Below, piece after piece: positions 48,442-57,654 of a stretch of DNA of 64,000 nucleotides. This stretch comes from an uncultured Gammaproteobacteria bacterium. GTDB lineage: Bacteria > Cyanobacteriota > Vampirovibrionia > LMEP-6097. A program made the translations under genes and the position numbers. Below the pieces are notes generated by a model, which saw only the letters and a list, made by a program, of their open reading frames with translations, was not told the origin of the DNA and made no database searches. The stretch lies in assembly GCA_964551925.1 (NCBI GenBank), contig CAZKFA010000001.1, positions 16,281-80,280 on the forward strand, read 5' to 3'. Each line of letters opens with the position of its first letter. The first letter of the stretch is position 1.

Positions 48442-48562
48442 TAATGAATCTATAAATTGGATTGCGATTATTTGCGTAGCCTTATTACCTGCCCCATTAG
48501 CTTTGTTGTTTATGCATAACTTTCGCGACAAAACTCTAGAGAAGAGTAAGAAGCTTAATTAA
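48431..48562 (+). CDS. Very small membrane peptide (43 aa), start overlapping the stop of 48193-48441 (ATGcaagtTGA); analogous to 57124-57290
   Basis: GAGGAG 8 nt upstream; 'MQVDNESINWIAIICVALLPAPLALLFMHNFRDKTLEKSKKLN' has one TM; found by manual translation, since it is below the ORF-track length cutoff. Confidence 0.3.
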   Translation: MQVDNESINWIAIICVALLPAPLALLFMHNFRDKTLEKSKKLN

Positions 48563-48563
48563 A

Positions 48564-48998
48564 TTAATTCTGCTTACTAATCCGCAATAGTGCTAGTTCA
48601 GAGCTTTTCATCAATCCAGTTGGAATAGCAGCACCCGCTTCAGCTTGCTCTGCTTCTGCTAGCTCGCGTTCGTATTGTGTGTAAATAGCCTCGCTCTCAG
48701 CAAAATATTCTTCGTTACGTTTAGCTTGTTCTATAAGATCGCTAACGTCAAGAGTGCCATCGTGCAAAGCCTTGATAGTAGTTCTCACTTGCTCATTAGC
48801 ACCAAGGTAAATTTGTTTCAACTCTTCTCTCACGAAATCAAGATCAAGATAGAAATAAAGATTGCGCAACATCTCGCATCGGAACCAGTTGGATTTGGTC
48901 TTCACGATCGAGTCAAGAATAAATCTAGCATTGTCTTTGCGACGCTGTTCGTCACGACTGGCTGCTAGATTGGTGTTGTGGAGATATGATTTATTCAT
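48564..48998 (-). CDS. Hypothetical protein (144 aa), 22 bp downstream of the 860-aa gene, likely co-transcribed
   Basis: ORF with a charged C-terminal Ala/Glu-rich segment. Confidence 0.45.
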   Translation of the reverse strand: MNKSYLHNTNLAASRDEQRRKDNARFILDSIVKTKSNWFRCEMLRNLYFYLDLDFVREELKQIYLGANEQVRTTIKALHDGTLDVSDLIEQAKRNEEYFAESEAIYTQYERELAEAEQAEAGAAIPTGLMKSSELALLRISKQN

Positions 48999-49020
48999 GA
49001 TTATTTAAGCAGAGTTTATA

Positions 49021-51603
49021 TTAAAGAGACAAGGCTTGGGATTGATATGACCGATTTGGTGCAGATCTTTCTGTTAATGCGATACTTTGAGGTCTTTCCA
49101 TTAGATTGTGTATAAATTGCATCAAGGACATCAATAGTCTGTTAATAATGATAGCAAATGGTTGATTGTCGTCAGCATCTTGGAAATAAGGTGATTCCTT
49201 GATAACTTCTTGTAAGAGTTTGGCGTTTCTAGTGTCCAAGCCCATGGCTTCTAAAGCATGTCCCAGGCGTTTCTCGTAAGTGCTTTGCCTGCTAAGCTTT
49301 GTTGCTTGAATTTCCCACGATTCACTAAAGCCTTTTTTACTTGGCGTGTTTAGGGTATTGAAAAATATTAATTCTCTTTTGATATGATCGATATCAGTTC
49401 TTAAATTTAGGGCTCTATGAGTTTTGGCTGCTAGATCGGGGGTGACTAGAGCTGCAAGTCCAGTGATACCAATGTGTGATTCTAAAGTATTTAGCTTCGT
49501 TGTGATTGTACTAGAGCTTGATTGTGACCTCTCGTATTCAAATACATTTGCTAATTGTCTGTAAGCAGAGGCTTGACGACTAATGTATTCTTTTATTTGT
49601 GCTGCTAAATCTTTTCTGTTCTTGAGATCCTCACCATCAGCAGGTAGTGGATCACGGACATGATTAGTGATTAATTCAAGTGCAGCCTTAGCCGAGCTTG
49701 CGACGCTTGTAAAATTACTTGCTTTTGGAATTTGTGAGTTGAAATTATTAACTATTCGAGTTAAGGCAGTATTAAGTTCTACCCTTTCTGTATCAGTTAA
49801 ATTTAACTCTCTGAGAGCATCTTGAGGAATGAAATACTCACCATCGTCACCTTCTTTCTTCTCAATGAAACGATTGATTAGCCTTTCCGCTGCTCCTTGA
49901 TAGGCTCTTACGGCTTTTTCTGCAATATCAACTCTTGAAGTTTCTTGACAAAAGCTGCTTAAGTGAGTAAATACTCCAGCAGTACGAGTAGTATCAAATA
50001 TAGTCTCTGAATTGATTATAGAATATAATGGTTGCCAAAAACTTGTTTCAAGTTTAGTTTGCTCAGCTTCAAACCTATTTAAAATTTCTTCTTTTGCACT
50101 AATCTGACCTTGTAAGTCGCGCTTAAATTGAGCTAGGCTACTTAGATTCTCTTTGTATAAACCAGTAGCAGAAGCATCGACAAAATCTTGCTTAAATAAT
50201 TCTTCGAAATCATAATTACCATCGTGACCTTGGCTTGTAAGAAATTGCATAAAGCGATTCTTTAAACCATCAAGACTATCATCATTAGAGTCTTCTGTAG
50301 TTGCCGCATGCGGTACGTCAAATAAACGCTCAAAGAACAAATTTTTTATACCGGCAGCTGAGTTGTTGATTCTGATATTATCAAAAGCCAATTTGACCGC
50401 GGCTAACTGCTTATGAAAAGCATATTCGTCTTCGGTTAATTTCTTTGTTAGTCTGGTAATTTCTTCAGTTATTTTAGTAAGATGTGTTTGACTAGCATCG
50501 ACAACTAAAGTCTGTAGACCAGGATTCGTAGCTTGTTCTGCCGCTGTACATAAATTGCTATCTAAGTCAATTGGAGAGTGGGATTTGACTTTTTGTGTAA
50601 GTTCTGCAAACTTGTCTTTAAGTCTATTGAGTTGTACTGTTGTTTCATTAAGAGGCTCCATTTCTTTATGTAACAATTCAAGTAAATTTTCTCTTGCAGT
50701 TTTGATAGAGCAGCCTCTCTCTGAACTCTCTTCATGAGCCACGATAACGCCGTGAACAGCTGTTACTAGATCGTTATTAGCTCTCATTGGAGTAGGCATA
50801 CCAGCTAAGAATAATTGTCCTAAGGCTTGAGTATATTGTTGACGTATATTTGGACTAAGATCTAGATCTGGATTTAATAACCTATTTGGATTGCTAATAA
50901 GTTCTTTGATACTAGTCTCCAGTCTTGCTCTGACTACTAGACCTACTTCTCCATGAAACTTATCACCAATAGTATCTAGTAAATTAGCAACTGTTTCAGA
51001 TACATTTAATTTCTTCTGGCTTTTGTTTGCGATCTCAACAAGCAAAAGCGCTGCAGCAGTGGCGCTGCGGGCTTGAGCATCATAGTCATCAGAACCTGAG
51101 TTGCTCACTATATCTACGATATAAGTTGGACAAGCGCTACTAAACCAAGCTCTTTGTTTAGCGGCTGCTTCAATTGCAGTGCTGATGAGCTCTTGAGTAG
51201 CATTCCTTATATTTGATGGAACTTCTTGATTGTTTGATAATTCGATTAATTTAGCAAGTAAACCGCGATCATTAATTAAAACGGCTTCTTTATTAACGAC
51301 TCCGTCACGATGAAGATTAGTTGCTAAATCTACAAATAAGCGTTTAGCATCGTCTATAGTTACTGAGGCTCCATGGGGATCTTGTAACCAGATTTGATTG
51401 TCCTCGTGAATTAAGTCGTTTTTTAAAGTTGTAGCAGCGTCTAGAGCAGCGTTGTGTATTGGATCTTGAGATTCGAGACCAACTACCGCTTGAATAGTAG
51501 AACTGCTTGCTCGAGCTACTTTGCGAGCAGTGTTACCAAGAGCTTCATGACCTGTGTACCAGGCATTGCGACATTTGTCTTTTATAGCATCAACTAAATA
51601 CAT
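49021..51603 (-). CDS. Large hypothetical protein (860 aa), orphan, soluble
   Basis: Long ORF; no motifs recognised. Confidence 0.55.
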   Translation of the reverse strand: MYLVDAIKDKCRNAWYTGHEALGNTARKVARASSSTIQAVVGLESQDPIHNAALDAATTLKNDLIHEDNQIWLQDPHGASVTIDDAKRLFVDLATNLHRDGVVNKEAVLINDRGLLAKLIELSNNQEVPSNIRNATQELISTAIEAAAKQRAWFSSACPTYIVDIVSNSGSDDYDAQARSATAAALLLVEIANKSQKKLNVSETVANLLDTIGDKFHGEVGLVVRARLETSIKELISNPNRLLNPDLDLSPNIRQQYTQALGQLFLAGMPTPMRANNDLVTAVHGVIVAHEESSERGCSIKTARENLLELLHKEMEPLNETTVQLNRLKDKFAELTQKVKSHSPIDLDSNLCTAAEQATNPGLQTLVVDASQTHLTKITEEITRLTKKLTEDEYAFHKQLAAVKLAFDNIRINNSAAGIKNLFFERLFDVPHAATTEDSNDDSLDGLKNRFMQFLTSQGHDGNYDFEELFKQDFVDASATGLYKENLSSLAQFKRDLQGQISAKEEILNRFEAEQTKLETSFWQPLYSIINSETIFDTTRTAGVFTHLSSFCQETSRVDIAEKAVRAYQGAAERLINRFIEKKEGDDGEYFIPQDALRELNLTDTERVELNTALTRIVNNFNSQIPKASNFTSVASSAKAALELITNHVRDPLPADGEDLKNRKDLAAQIKEYISRQASAYRQLANVFEYERSQSSSSTITTKLNTLESHIGITGLAALVTPDLAAKTHRALNLRTDIDHIKRELIFFNTLNTPSKKGFSESWEIQATKLSRQSTYEKRLGHALEAMGLDTRNAKLLQEVIKESPYFQDADDNQPFAIIINRLLMSLMQFIHNLMERPQSIALTERSAPNRSYQSQALSL

Positions 51604-51648
51604 TACATATATATAACGAAGTCTTAACCTATTTTTTGATGGTTAAAT

Positions 51649-51680
51649 AAAAAAAAAGACCCTAATTTAGGGTCTTTTTT
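51649..51680. terminator. Bidirectional intrinsic terminator: A9 - GACCCTAATTTAGGGTC - T7
   Basis: Read directly; 48 nt after the stop of the 999-aa gene (minus strand). Confidence 0.8.
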
Positions 51681-51702
51681 GCGTATATTCTAAGTATCTT
51701 GT

Positions 51703-54702
51703 TTATGCAACTGTTGTAGGACTTGCTTCTGAACTTGGTCTAGGGCTAGTTTCGAGAGTTGTTTTACCCATTCTTTGATTGATTTCCATGGTGGCACTTT
51801 TCAAAGCAGCTAAGAAGCCAGTGTGTTCATCAGCTTCTGGAATCGCAGCGACTCGCTTTTGGAAGTCAGCTACAGCTTCAACTTTCTCAAGTCCAAGGAA
51901 TCTCATTGTCATAGTCAAACCATTTTTTACGGAATCTTTTAATTTGGAGAGAATCTTTTTAACAGCAGAAGAGTTCTTCTCTCTATCGTATAGATCCCAG
52001 ACATCAGTGAGTTCTGAGCTTTCAGGAAAAGCTTTAACTTCATCTTCTAGTCTATTAATTTCGTTGGCATGCTTAATATCAAAACTCCGTTTTGTAGCTC
52101 TGATATCGGTTAATACTTTTGAACTTAGGCTCGTGACTAGAGTGTTAGCACTGTTTAGCAAATCCTTCAGCTTTTGATCTAATTTCTCAGGTTTCTTTTC
52201 ATTAGTTTCTTTGAGCTTAAGAAGAGTTTCGGTGATTAAGCGAACTCTGCCTAGTTGTACCTTGGCTCTATCGAAAGGAGGTAGTGAATTGTCTTTGCTT
52301 GTATCCAAAAGCTCAGAGTCTTCCGTACTGAATTTAATTAGTCCATCAAAAGCTTTACCCTCTTTTAAAGTAGTATGGAAATGTTCCAGAGCTGTTGATT
52401 GAGTCTGACCCCAATTCTGTAACAAAGTTATAAAGCCATTATAATCTTGTGTTCCACCAATAGAGAGTGCTTTAACACTACTTGTTACAGCATCTATTGC
52501 TGCATTAGTTGCTGTTAACTTGGCTGTTTCTAATTCTTGTTCAGCTTTAAGTTTTGCAGATTCAATTTCTGCTCTACAAACTTCAGCTTGTGCCTTAAAT
52601 CCATTTCTGAATTCATCATCAAACTGACCATTCTCGTCAAGCATCGAATCTACTAGATATTTAGCAGCTGTTGCGTTGACGGTGCGAGCTTTGGTTAGAA
52701 TTGGTTTAATGACTGAGTTTGCCATAAGTTCAACAAACTTAGCTTCACTTTTAGCTTCTTCTTTAGCTTTTTTAACTTTGTCGGTCGCTAGAATTTTGAG
52801 GCTCTCAGCTATTTTTTTAGAGTCATCGTCTTTTACTGTCAAAATCCAAGTGCTTTGTATTTTGAGAACTTCAGCAAGTTTCTCAGCAGCAGAGAGAGTA
52901 GTCTGATCAATATCTTTAACTGCTTTTGCCGTTGTTAACTGTTTGTCTCTTTCAGCATTTGCTTTATCAGTTAGATTTTGACGAATTGCATTGACATAGT
53001 CTGCAGTAGTTGCTTCTTTTTGTGCGGCAGTAACTGCTGCATCAATAGTATTTTTCGCGGCTGTTGCTTCAGTAAGTTTGGTATTAGCTTCATCAAGCTT
53101 AGCCTGTGCCTCAAGAATAGCTTTATCTGCATTTGCAATAGCGGTTTGCTCGGATGCTGTTAGATTATTTGGATCGGCTGGGGCTGCTAGGTTTGCTTTA
53201 GCTTGATCGGCAGCTTGTTTAGCTTGATCGGCAGCTTGTTGAGCTGTAGTTGCTGCATCAAAAGCCGCTTGGGTAGTAGTTTGCTCTGCTACTAACGCAT
53301 CCACATTTGCTTTAGCGGGAGCTGCTGTTTTCCAATCTACTGCTGTAGTAGCGTTACCATTTGGACCTATAGCTTCTCTTATTTTTTCAACTTGTTCTTT
53401 ATTTAAGGTTGGATTTAATCCTGAGCCTGCTGGTAAGTACCTGCTGATATCAAGAGTATTACCTGCTGCTGGGATTGATAGTATGGCTTCTAAGTTTCTC
53501 TTGCCAATTTCTACAGGGTTAGCCGTATTATTTGCAAGAATTGCTTTTGATTGTTTGACAACATCATCATAGAAGGATTGTTCAAGCTTAGTATTCCCTG
53601 AGATGAAAGAAGTACTAATCTTTACCGCTGTACCACCTGCTTTGCCAGAGTTTCTGATAGCAGTACTTAGAGAACCTTCAAGGTTTTTGTATTTGAGTGC
53701 ATCAGCTTCTTTCTGAGGTCCTATCATAGCAGCAGTATTTAGGAAATCTGTCAGAGCATAAGCTGCTTCTTTGGCTTCTTCTTCGCTAGAGGCTTTGAAT
53801 AAAGTTTCTAATTTTTCAAGAAAGTCAGCTAGAAAAGTTTTTTGTGCTGCAGTTTTAGCATGCTTTTCAATAGCCTTGGCTCCGTCTTTAAGGACATCGA
53901 CTGAGATCTTTTCGAATATCTCACCTTTTAATTCTGTAACTTGTGATTTGATTGATTCAAGCCCATCTCCTAGTGTTTCTAGTGGTCTTTGAGCAAGCGA
54001 TTGAACTTTGAGATAAACGTGATTGGCAAGAGCTTTGCCAACAGCACCATAACTTCTTGATAGTTTACCAATGAAACCAGTCTTTGGATTTGATAATTTC
54101 TCCAAACCTTGAGATCTAATTAAATCAACAACATTGCGCAAAGATGTTTCTGGATTGGCATCTAAGATACCAAGTATCATATCTTTTTGTTCGGGTTCTA
54201 TTCCACTTGACGGGAAGGAATCAATTGCTGTGACCAATAAGTCTCTAACATCTCCTTGAATAGGTTTGAGGTATTCACCATTACTATCTTCGTCTCGCAT
54301 TCTTAAGATTGCAAATAAATCTTCCAAGACTTTTGCTTGTTTGTAAACTATAGCGTTGCCTTTAGGGCTAGCTGATTTTAAGTTGCCAGAAAGACCTGCT
54401 AAGATCTCCTCATAAGCTCTTTTTGCTTTAGGTCCAAATTCTACTTCTACTCCACCTGTTAATTCTTTGAATTTATCATCAGGATCAGTTTCGGTTTTAT
54501 CTTTGCTTCTATATTCTTCTGTATTTTTGAGTTCATCTGCTGCTTTGAATTTCTCAGCAAGTGCGTCAATAGGGTCTTCTTTTGATTTGCCACCTGGCTT
54601 GGTTGCTCGGAGGTAAGCTGCCACATCGGCTTTAGTTAATTTAGTAGGAGCTTCGGTTGCTCTTTCTATTAAAGGTTTTGTTTCTATTACTTTTACTACC
54701 AT
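51703..54702 (-). CDS. Large hypothetical protein (999 aa) with a long Ala/Lys/Glu/Thr-rich predicted coiled-coil central region
   Basis: Long ORF; '...AQKEATTADYVNAIRQNLTDKANAERDKQL...' heptad-like; no signal peptide. Confidence 0.55.
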   Translation of the reverse strand: MVVKVIETKPLIERATEAPTKLTKADVAAYLRATKPGGKSKEDPIDALAEKFKAADELKNTEEYRSKDKTETDPDDKFKELTGGVEVEFGPKAKRAYEEILAGLSGNLKSASPKGNAIVYKQAKVLEDLFAILRMRDEDSNGEYLKPIQGDVRDLLVTAIDSFPSSGIEPEQKDMILGILDANPETSLRNVVDLIRSQGLEKLSNPKTGFIGKLSRSYGAVGKALANHVYLKVQSLAQRPLETLGDGLESIKSQVTELKGEIFEKISVDVLKDGAKAIEKHAKTAAQKTFLADFLEKLETLFKASSEEEAKEAAYALTDFLNTAAMIGPQKEADALKYKNLEGSLSTAIRNSGKAGGTAVKISTSFISGNTKLEQSFYDDVVKQSKAILANNTANPVEIGKRNLEAILSIPAAGNTLDISRYLPAGSGLNPTLNKEQVEKIREAIGPNGNATTAVDWKTAAPAKANVDALVAEQTTTQAAFDAATTAQQAADQAKQAADQAKANLAAPADPNNLTASEQTAIANADKAILEAQAKLDEANTKLTEATAAKNTIDAAVTAAQKEATTADYVNAIRQNLTDKANAERDKQLTTAKAVKDIDQTTLSAAEKLAEVLKIQSTWILTVKDDDSKKIAESLKILATDKVKKAKEEAKSEAKFVELMANSVIKPILTKARTVNATAAKYLVDSMLDENGQFDDEFRNGFKAQAEVCRAEIESAKLKAEQELETAKLTATNAAIDAVTSSVKALSIGGTQDYNGFITLLQNWGQTQSTALEHFHTTLKEGKAFDGLIKFSTEDSELLDTSKDNSLPPFDRAKVQLGRVRLITETLLKLKETNEKKPEKLDQKLKDLLNSANTLVTSLSSKVLTDIRATKRSFDIKHANEINRLEDEVKAFPESSELTDVWDLYDREKNSSAVKKILSKLKDSVKNGLTMTMRFLGLEKVEAVADFQKRVAAIPEADEHTGFLAALKSATMEINQRMGKTTLETSPRPSSEASPTTVA

Positions 54703-55019
54703 TTTATCTTTATCCTTGTTATGTTATTAACTAGTTCAGTTTATATAATGCTCGAATAGGAATATTTTTGATACTACTTATTCTCACTAGTGGGAAATGG
54801 GCTTCGTTGCTTCTTTCTTCACTGCAATACATATTATCAGGCTATACGTATTTACGTCAAGGGGTTTTAGAAAATATTAATACGTTTTTGGGTTAAATAA
54901 TTTTAATGTAGCTTGTTGCCTTGTCCATGAAAATGAAAAAGCTCTCAGCTTCTGGGGGTATTTACCTGGTTTTTGCCAGAGAATATTAACAAATACTCAG
55001 CAATGCTAGAATTCTTACT

Positions 55020-55901
55020 ATGACTACAAGGTACGTCTACGGTCCAGTGCATTCCTGGCGCTCAGGCACTTCTCTGGGTATAGACCCAATTGGTAGTACT
55101 TCTACTTGTTCTTTTAATTGTGCTTATTGTCAGCTTGGTAAGATCCAGAATATTACTCAAGAGATCAAGGAGTATGTGCGAACTGCTGATGTCATCAGGG
55201 ATCTACGTGAATTAGAAACGGCTGGACAATTTAATTATGAAAATCTAGATGTGATAACTTTTGCAGGTTCTGGAGAACCCACTCTAGCAGCGAATCTTGG
55301 CGAGATGATCCTGGAGATTCGTAAACTTTATGCTGGTCGTTCTAAGCGAGTACCGATATCTATTCTTACTAACGCCACGATGTTAGAACATCAATCTGTG
55401 CGTGATGCTTTATTGCAGGCTGATCTCATCTCATTGAAGCTAGATGCCGCTAATGATGAGGTTCTCAGGAGTATTAACCAGCCTGCTTCCGGTATTACTA
55501 TACAGTGTATAGTAAGTGGGATTAAATTACTCCAGAAGTCTTGTGTCATTGCGAGCGAAGCAAAGCAATCCAATTCTAGATTACAACTACAAATTATGTT
55601 TATGCCAAAGTTTATCAAAGACACTCAGTATCTTAATGAGATGATTGCTTTAATTAAAGATCTCGGTATGCGTTACATTCAGATTAATACCCCAACACGT
55701 GCTAAACCTCTCTCTAAGACCGGGGAGTATTGGCTTGATACTCGTGGTAATCATTATGGACCAGGTTCTAAAGTAGTGAAGCCGGAATTTATTGAATTCA
55801 CTGAGCTTCCTGTGATTAGCGAAGCAGATGCTTATATGCTAGAAGATAAATTGTTAGCAGCTGTTCCAGAGTTAGAGATAGTCAATGTTTATAAACGCTA
55901 G
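55020..55901 (+). CDS. Radical SAM enzyme of an uncharacterised subfamily
   Basis: 'YGPVHSWRSGTSLGIDPIGSTSTCSFNCAYCQLG' gives the CxxxCxxC cluster near the N-terminus; 293 aa; its stop abuts the next gene's start. Confidence 0.7.
   Translation: MTTRYVYGPVHSWRSGTSLGIDPIGSTSTCSFNCAYCQLGKIQNITQEIKEYVRTADVIRDLRELETAGQFNYENLDVITFAGSGEPTLAANLGEMILEIRKLYAGRSKRVPISILTNATMLEHQSVRDALLQADLISLKLDAANDEVLRSINQPASGITIQCIVSGIKLLQKSCVIASEAKQSNSRLQLQIMFMPKFIKDTQYLNEMIALIKDLGMRYIQINTPTRAKPLSKTGEYWLDTRGNHYGPGSKVVKPEFIEFTELPVISEADAYMLEDKLLAAVPELEIVNVYKR
55495..55515. repeat. 21-bp perfect iterated palindrome TTACTATACAGTGTATAGTAA inside the radical SAM coding sequence (encodes ..IQCIV..)
   Basis: Read directly; in-frame, no stop introduced. 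Confidence 0.8.
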
Positions 55902-56663
55902 ATGGAAATTAACCCTATTATAAATTTGAATCTTACTGAATTGCCTAATACTAAACAAGGCTTGTTGGATATCTACTCAAACTATCTTGCAGAGAGGATT
56001 ACAGATTATAAGCAAATTGGAGTTGTTGAGTTGAGCTTAGCTTCTAGTGCCCTACTTGAAATATTACCAGAGATTTATAATATCCTCAGGAACTATAATC
56101 TTCAAGTATCTTTTGGTAGTATTGTTGATCTTGACTTGGTTCTAGCCTTGCAGGATCTCAAGCTACCAGCAGGGATTAGGATCTTTGCACCAGCTTTTGA
56201 TGAAGATGTTTTTCGCTTTGTGATAGAACAAGATTGGCACTATATACCGGGAGTGGCTTGTGTAGAGGACTTCAAGGAAGTCTTGTCTTGGATGCCTAAT
56301 CTTATGAGTGTGAAGGTTTTTCCAGTTTATAATTTGTCACTTCTTAAAACACTTGCAACACCATATCCAGAATTGCGTTTGCCAGCAAATATTACTAGGA
56401 CCAGTTCAGTCACTGGCTTACCCATCTCTAGTCCGCGCCAATATCAAAAAATTCGTCAACGTTTTTTGCATGAACTAGATTTAGAGTTATCCTTCCAAAC
56501 AAGGCAGTTTGATATTCCAACTTTGCTTGCAACAATTAAACAACAGTCTCCTGCTACTAAGCTTATAGCTACTGGGTTTGCTGGTATCGAGCCTGATGAA
56601 GAGTTGCTAGCAAGTTGGGGCTTTGATGCAGCTGCGACAAGATTAGGGAGCCTGCGTGGCTGA
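55902..56663 (+). CDS. Hypothetical protein with weak resemblance to KDPG/KHG aldolase (Eda) TIM-barrel fold
   Basis: 'SVKVFPVYNLSLLKTLATPYPELRLP' vs Eda '[30 protein letters not shown]'; the catalytic-residue context is not clearly conserved. Confidence 0.35.
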   Translation: MEINPIINLNLTELPNTKQGLLDIYSNYLAERITDYKQIGVVELSLASSALLEILPEIYNILRNYNLQVSFGSIVDLDLVLALQDLKLPAGIRIFAPAFDEDVFRFVIEQDWHYIPGVACVEDFKEVLSWMPNLMSVKVFPVYNLSLLKTLATPYPELRLPANITRTSSVTGLPISSPRQYQKIRQRFLHELDLELSFQTRQFDIPTLLATIKQQSPATKLIATGFAGIEPDEELLASWGFDAAATRLGSLRG

Positions 56664-57120
56664 TAATTTTATCAATATAGTTCTCTATCAACCAGAGATC
56701 CCACAAAACACTGGCAACATAGCAAGGCTTTGTGTTTCTAATGATCTGCATCTGCATCTTATTGAGCCACTCGGTTTCAAGATGACTGATAAGTACCTTA
56801 AGCGTTCTGGTTTGGATTATTTTCAATATCTTAATTATACGGTGTATAGTAATTGGCAGCACTTCTTAGAAGGCAATCAAGGAGCTAATCTCTGGTACTT
56901 AACCACTAAGGCTACTAAATTATATTGGGATGTAAATTATACGATGGGTGATTATTTGGTTTTTGGACCAGAGACTAAGGGGCTACCAAAGGCAATCATG
57001 GCGCTTAATTCAGAGTACTTGATTAAAGTGCCTATGAGTTCAGAGAATGCACGCTCACTCAATCTAGCAAGTACTGTACAAACAGCTTACTATGAGGCTT
57101 ATAGGCAGCTCCAAGTCTGA
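56656..57120 (+). CDS. trmL: tRNA (cytidine34/uridine34-2'-O)-methyltransferase, SPOUT family
   Basis: Aligns end to end with E. coli TrmL: 'NIVLYQPEIPQNTGNIARLC', 'GDYLVFGPETKGLP', 'LNLASTVQTAYYEAYRQL'. Confidence 0.8.
   Translation: MADNFINIVLYQPEIPQNTGNIARLCVSNDLHLHLIEPLGFKMTDKYLKRSGLDYFQYLNYTVYSNWQHFLEGNQGANLWYLTTKATKLYWDVNYTMGDYLVFGPETKGLPKAIMALNSEYLIKVPMSSENARSLNLASTVQTAYYEAYRQLQV
56834..56852. repeat. Iterated palindrome copy ATTATACGGTGTATAGTAA inside the trmL coding sequence (variable loop 'NYTVYSNW')
   Basis: Read directly; 19-mer identical to the reverse complement of the central 19-mer of the copy at 48097-48117. Confidence 0.75.
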
Positions 57121-57123
57121 GCT

Positions 57124-57290
57124 TATTTTTTCTCAACTTTCTGAAATAGTTCGGGATAGCGTTCACTGGGCAAGGTCCAAAATCTACTTTTGGTAATGCC
57201 AAAAGCGACGCTTGCTAACATAGCACCAGCAAATAACGGACCAAAGACATCAGCCCAGTTAGCGCAAATGTAATCTATTAATTTCTCCAT
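57124..57290 (-). CDS. Small membrane peptide (55 aa) whose start overlaps the last 30 nt of 57259-57501; analog of 48431-48562
   Basis: GGAGGA 5 nt upstream; 'MEKLIDYICANWADVFGPLFAGAMLASVAFGITKSRFW...' (NW plus TM as in the other copy); found by manual translation. Confidence 0.3.
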
Positions 57291-57501
57291 CTATTTCCTC
57301 CATTAAGCCAAGAGAGCGGTTTACAAGTACGTAAGCGGGTAGTAGTAAAGCACTAGATATAATCCAACCAAGAGCCAGATTAACAGTGGAGTGAAAACCT
57401 GTCAATAGATTCAAAGCATTGATTCCAAATGGAGTAGCCAATATAAACCCAATGGTTTTGAGAACTTCTGCTTTATGCTTAAATTGCTGAAAACTTTTCA
57501 C
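57259..57501 (-). CDS. Small membrane protein (2 TM), paralog of 48193-48441
   Basis: 'MKSFQQFKHKAEVLKTIGFILATPFGINALNLLTGF...' shares the N-terminal motif with the other copy; transcribed divergently from the 1367-aa gene. Confidence 0.5.
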   Translation of the reverse strand: MKSFQQFKHKAEVLKTIGFILATPFGINALNLLTGFHSTVNLALGWIISSALLLPAYVLVNRSLGLMEEIDGEINRLHLR

Positions 57502-57654
57502 CCATTGAACTGTAAATCATAAGGAATAAATTTAGGAGGGTCAACCGGTAACTAGTCTAATCGACCTAGGTTAAGGCTAGGTTAAGAGATTCTTTGTCAA
57601 AAAGCATATATAGAAGTGGTTCTACTGGTATCTGGGCTTCTAAGGTAATAATAT

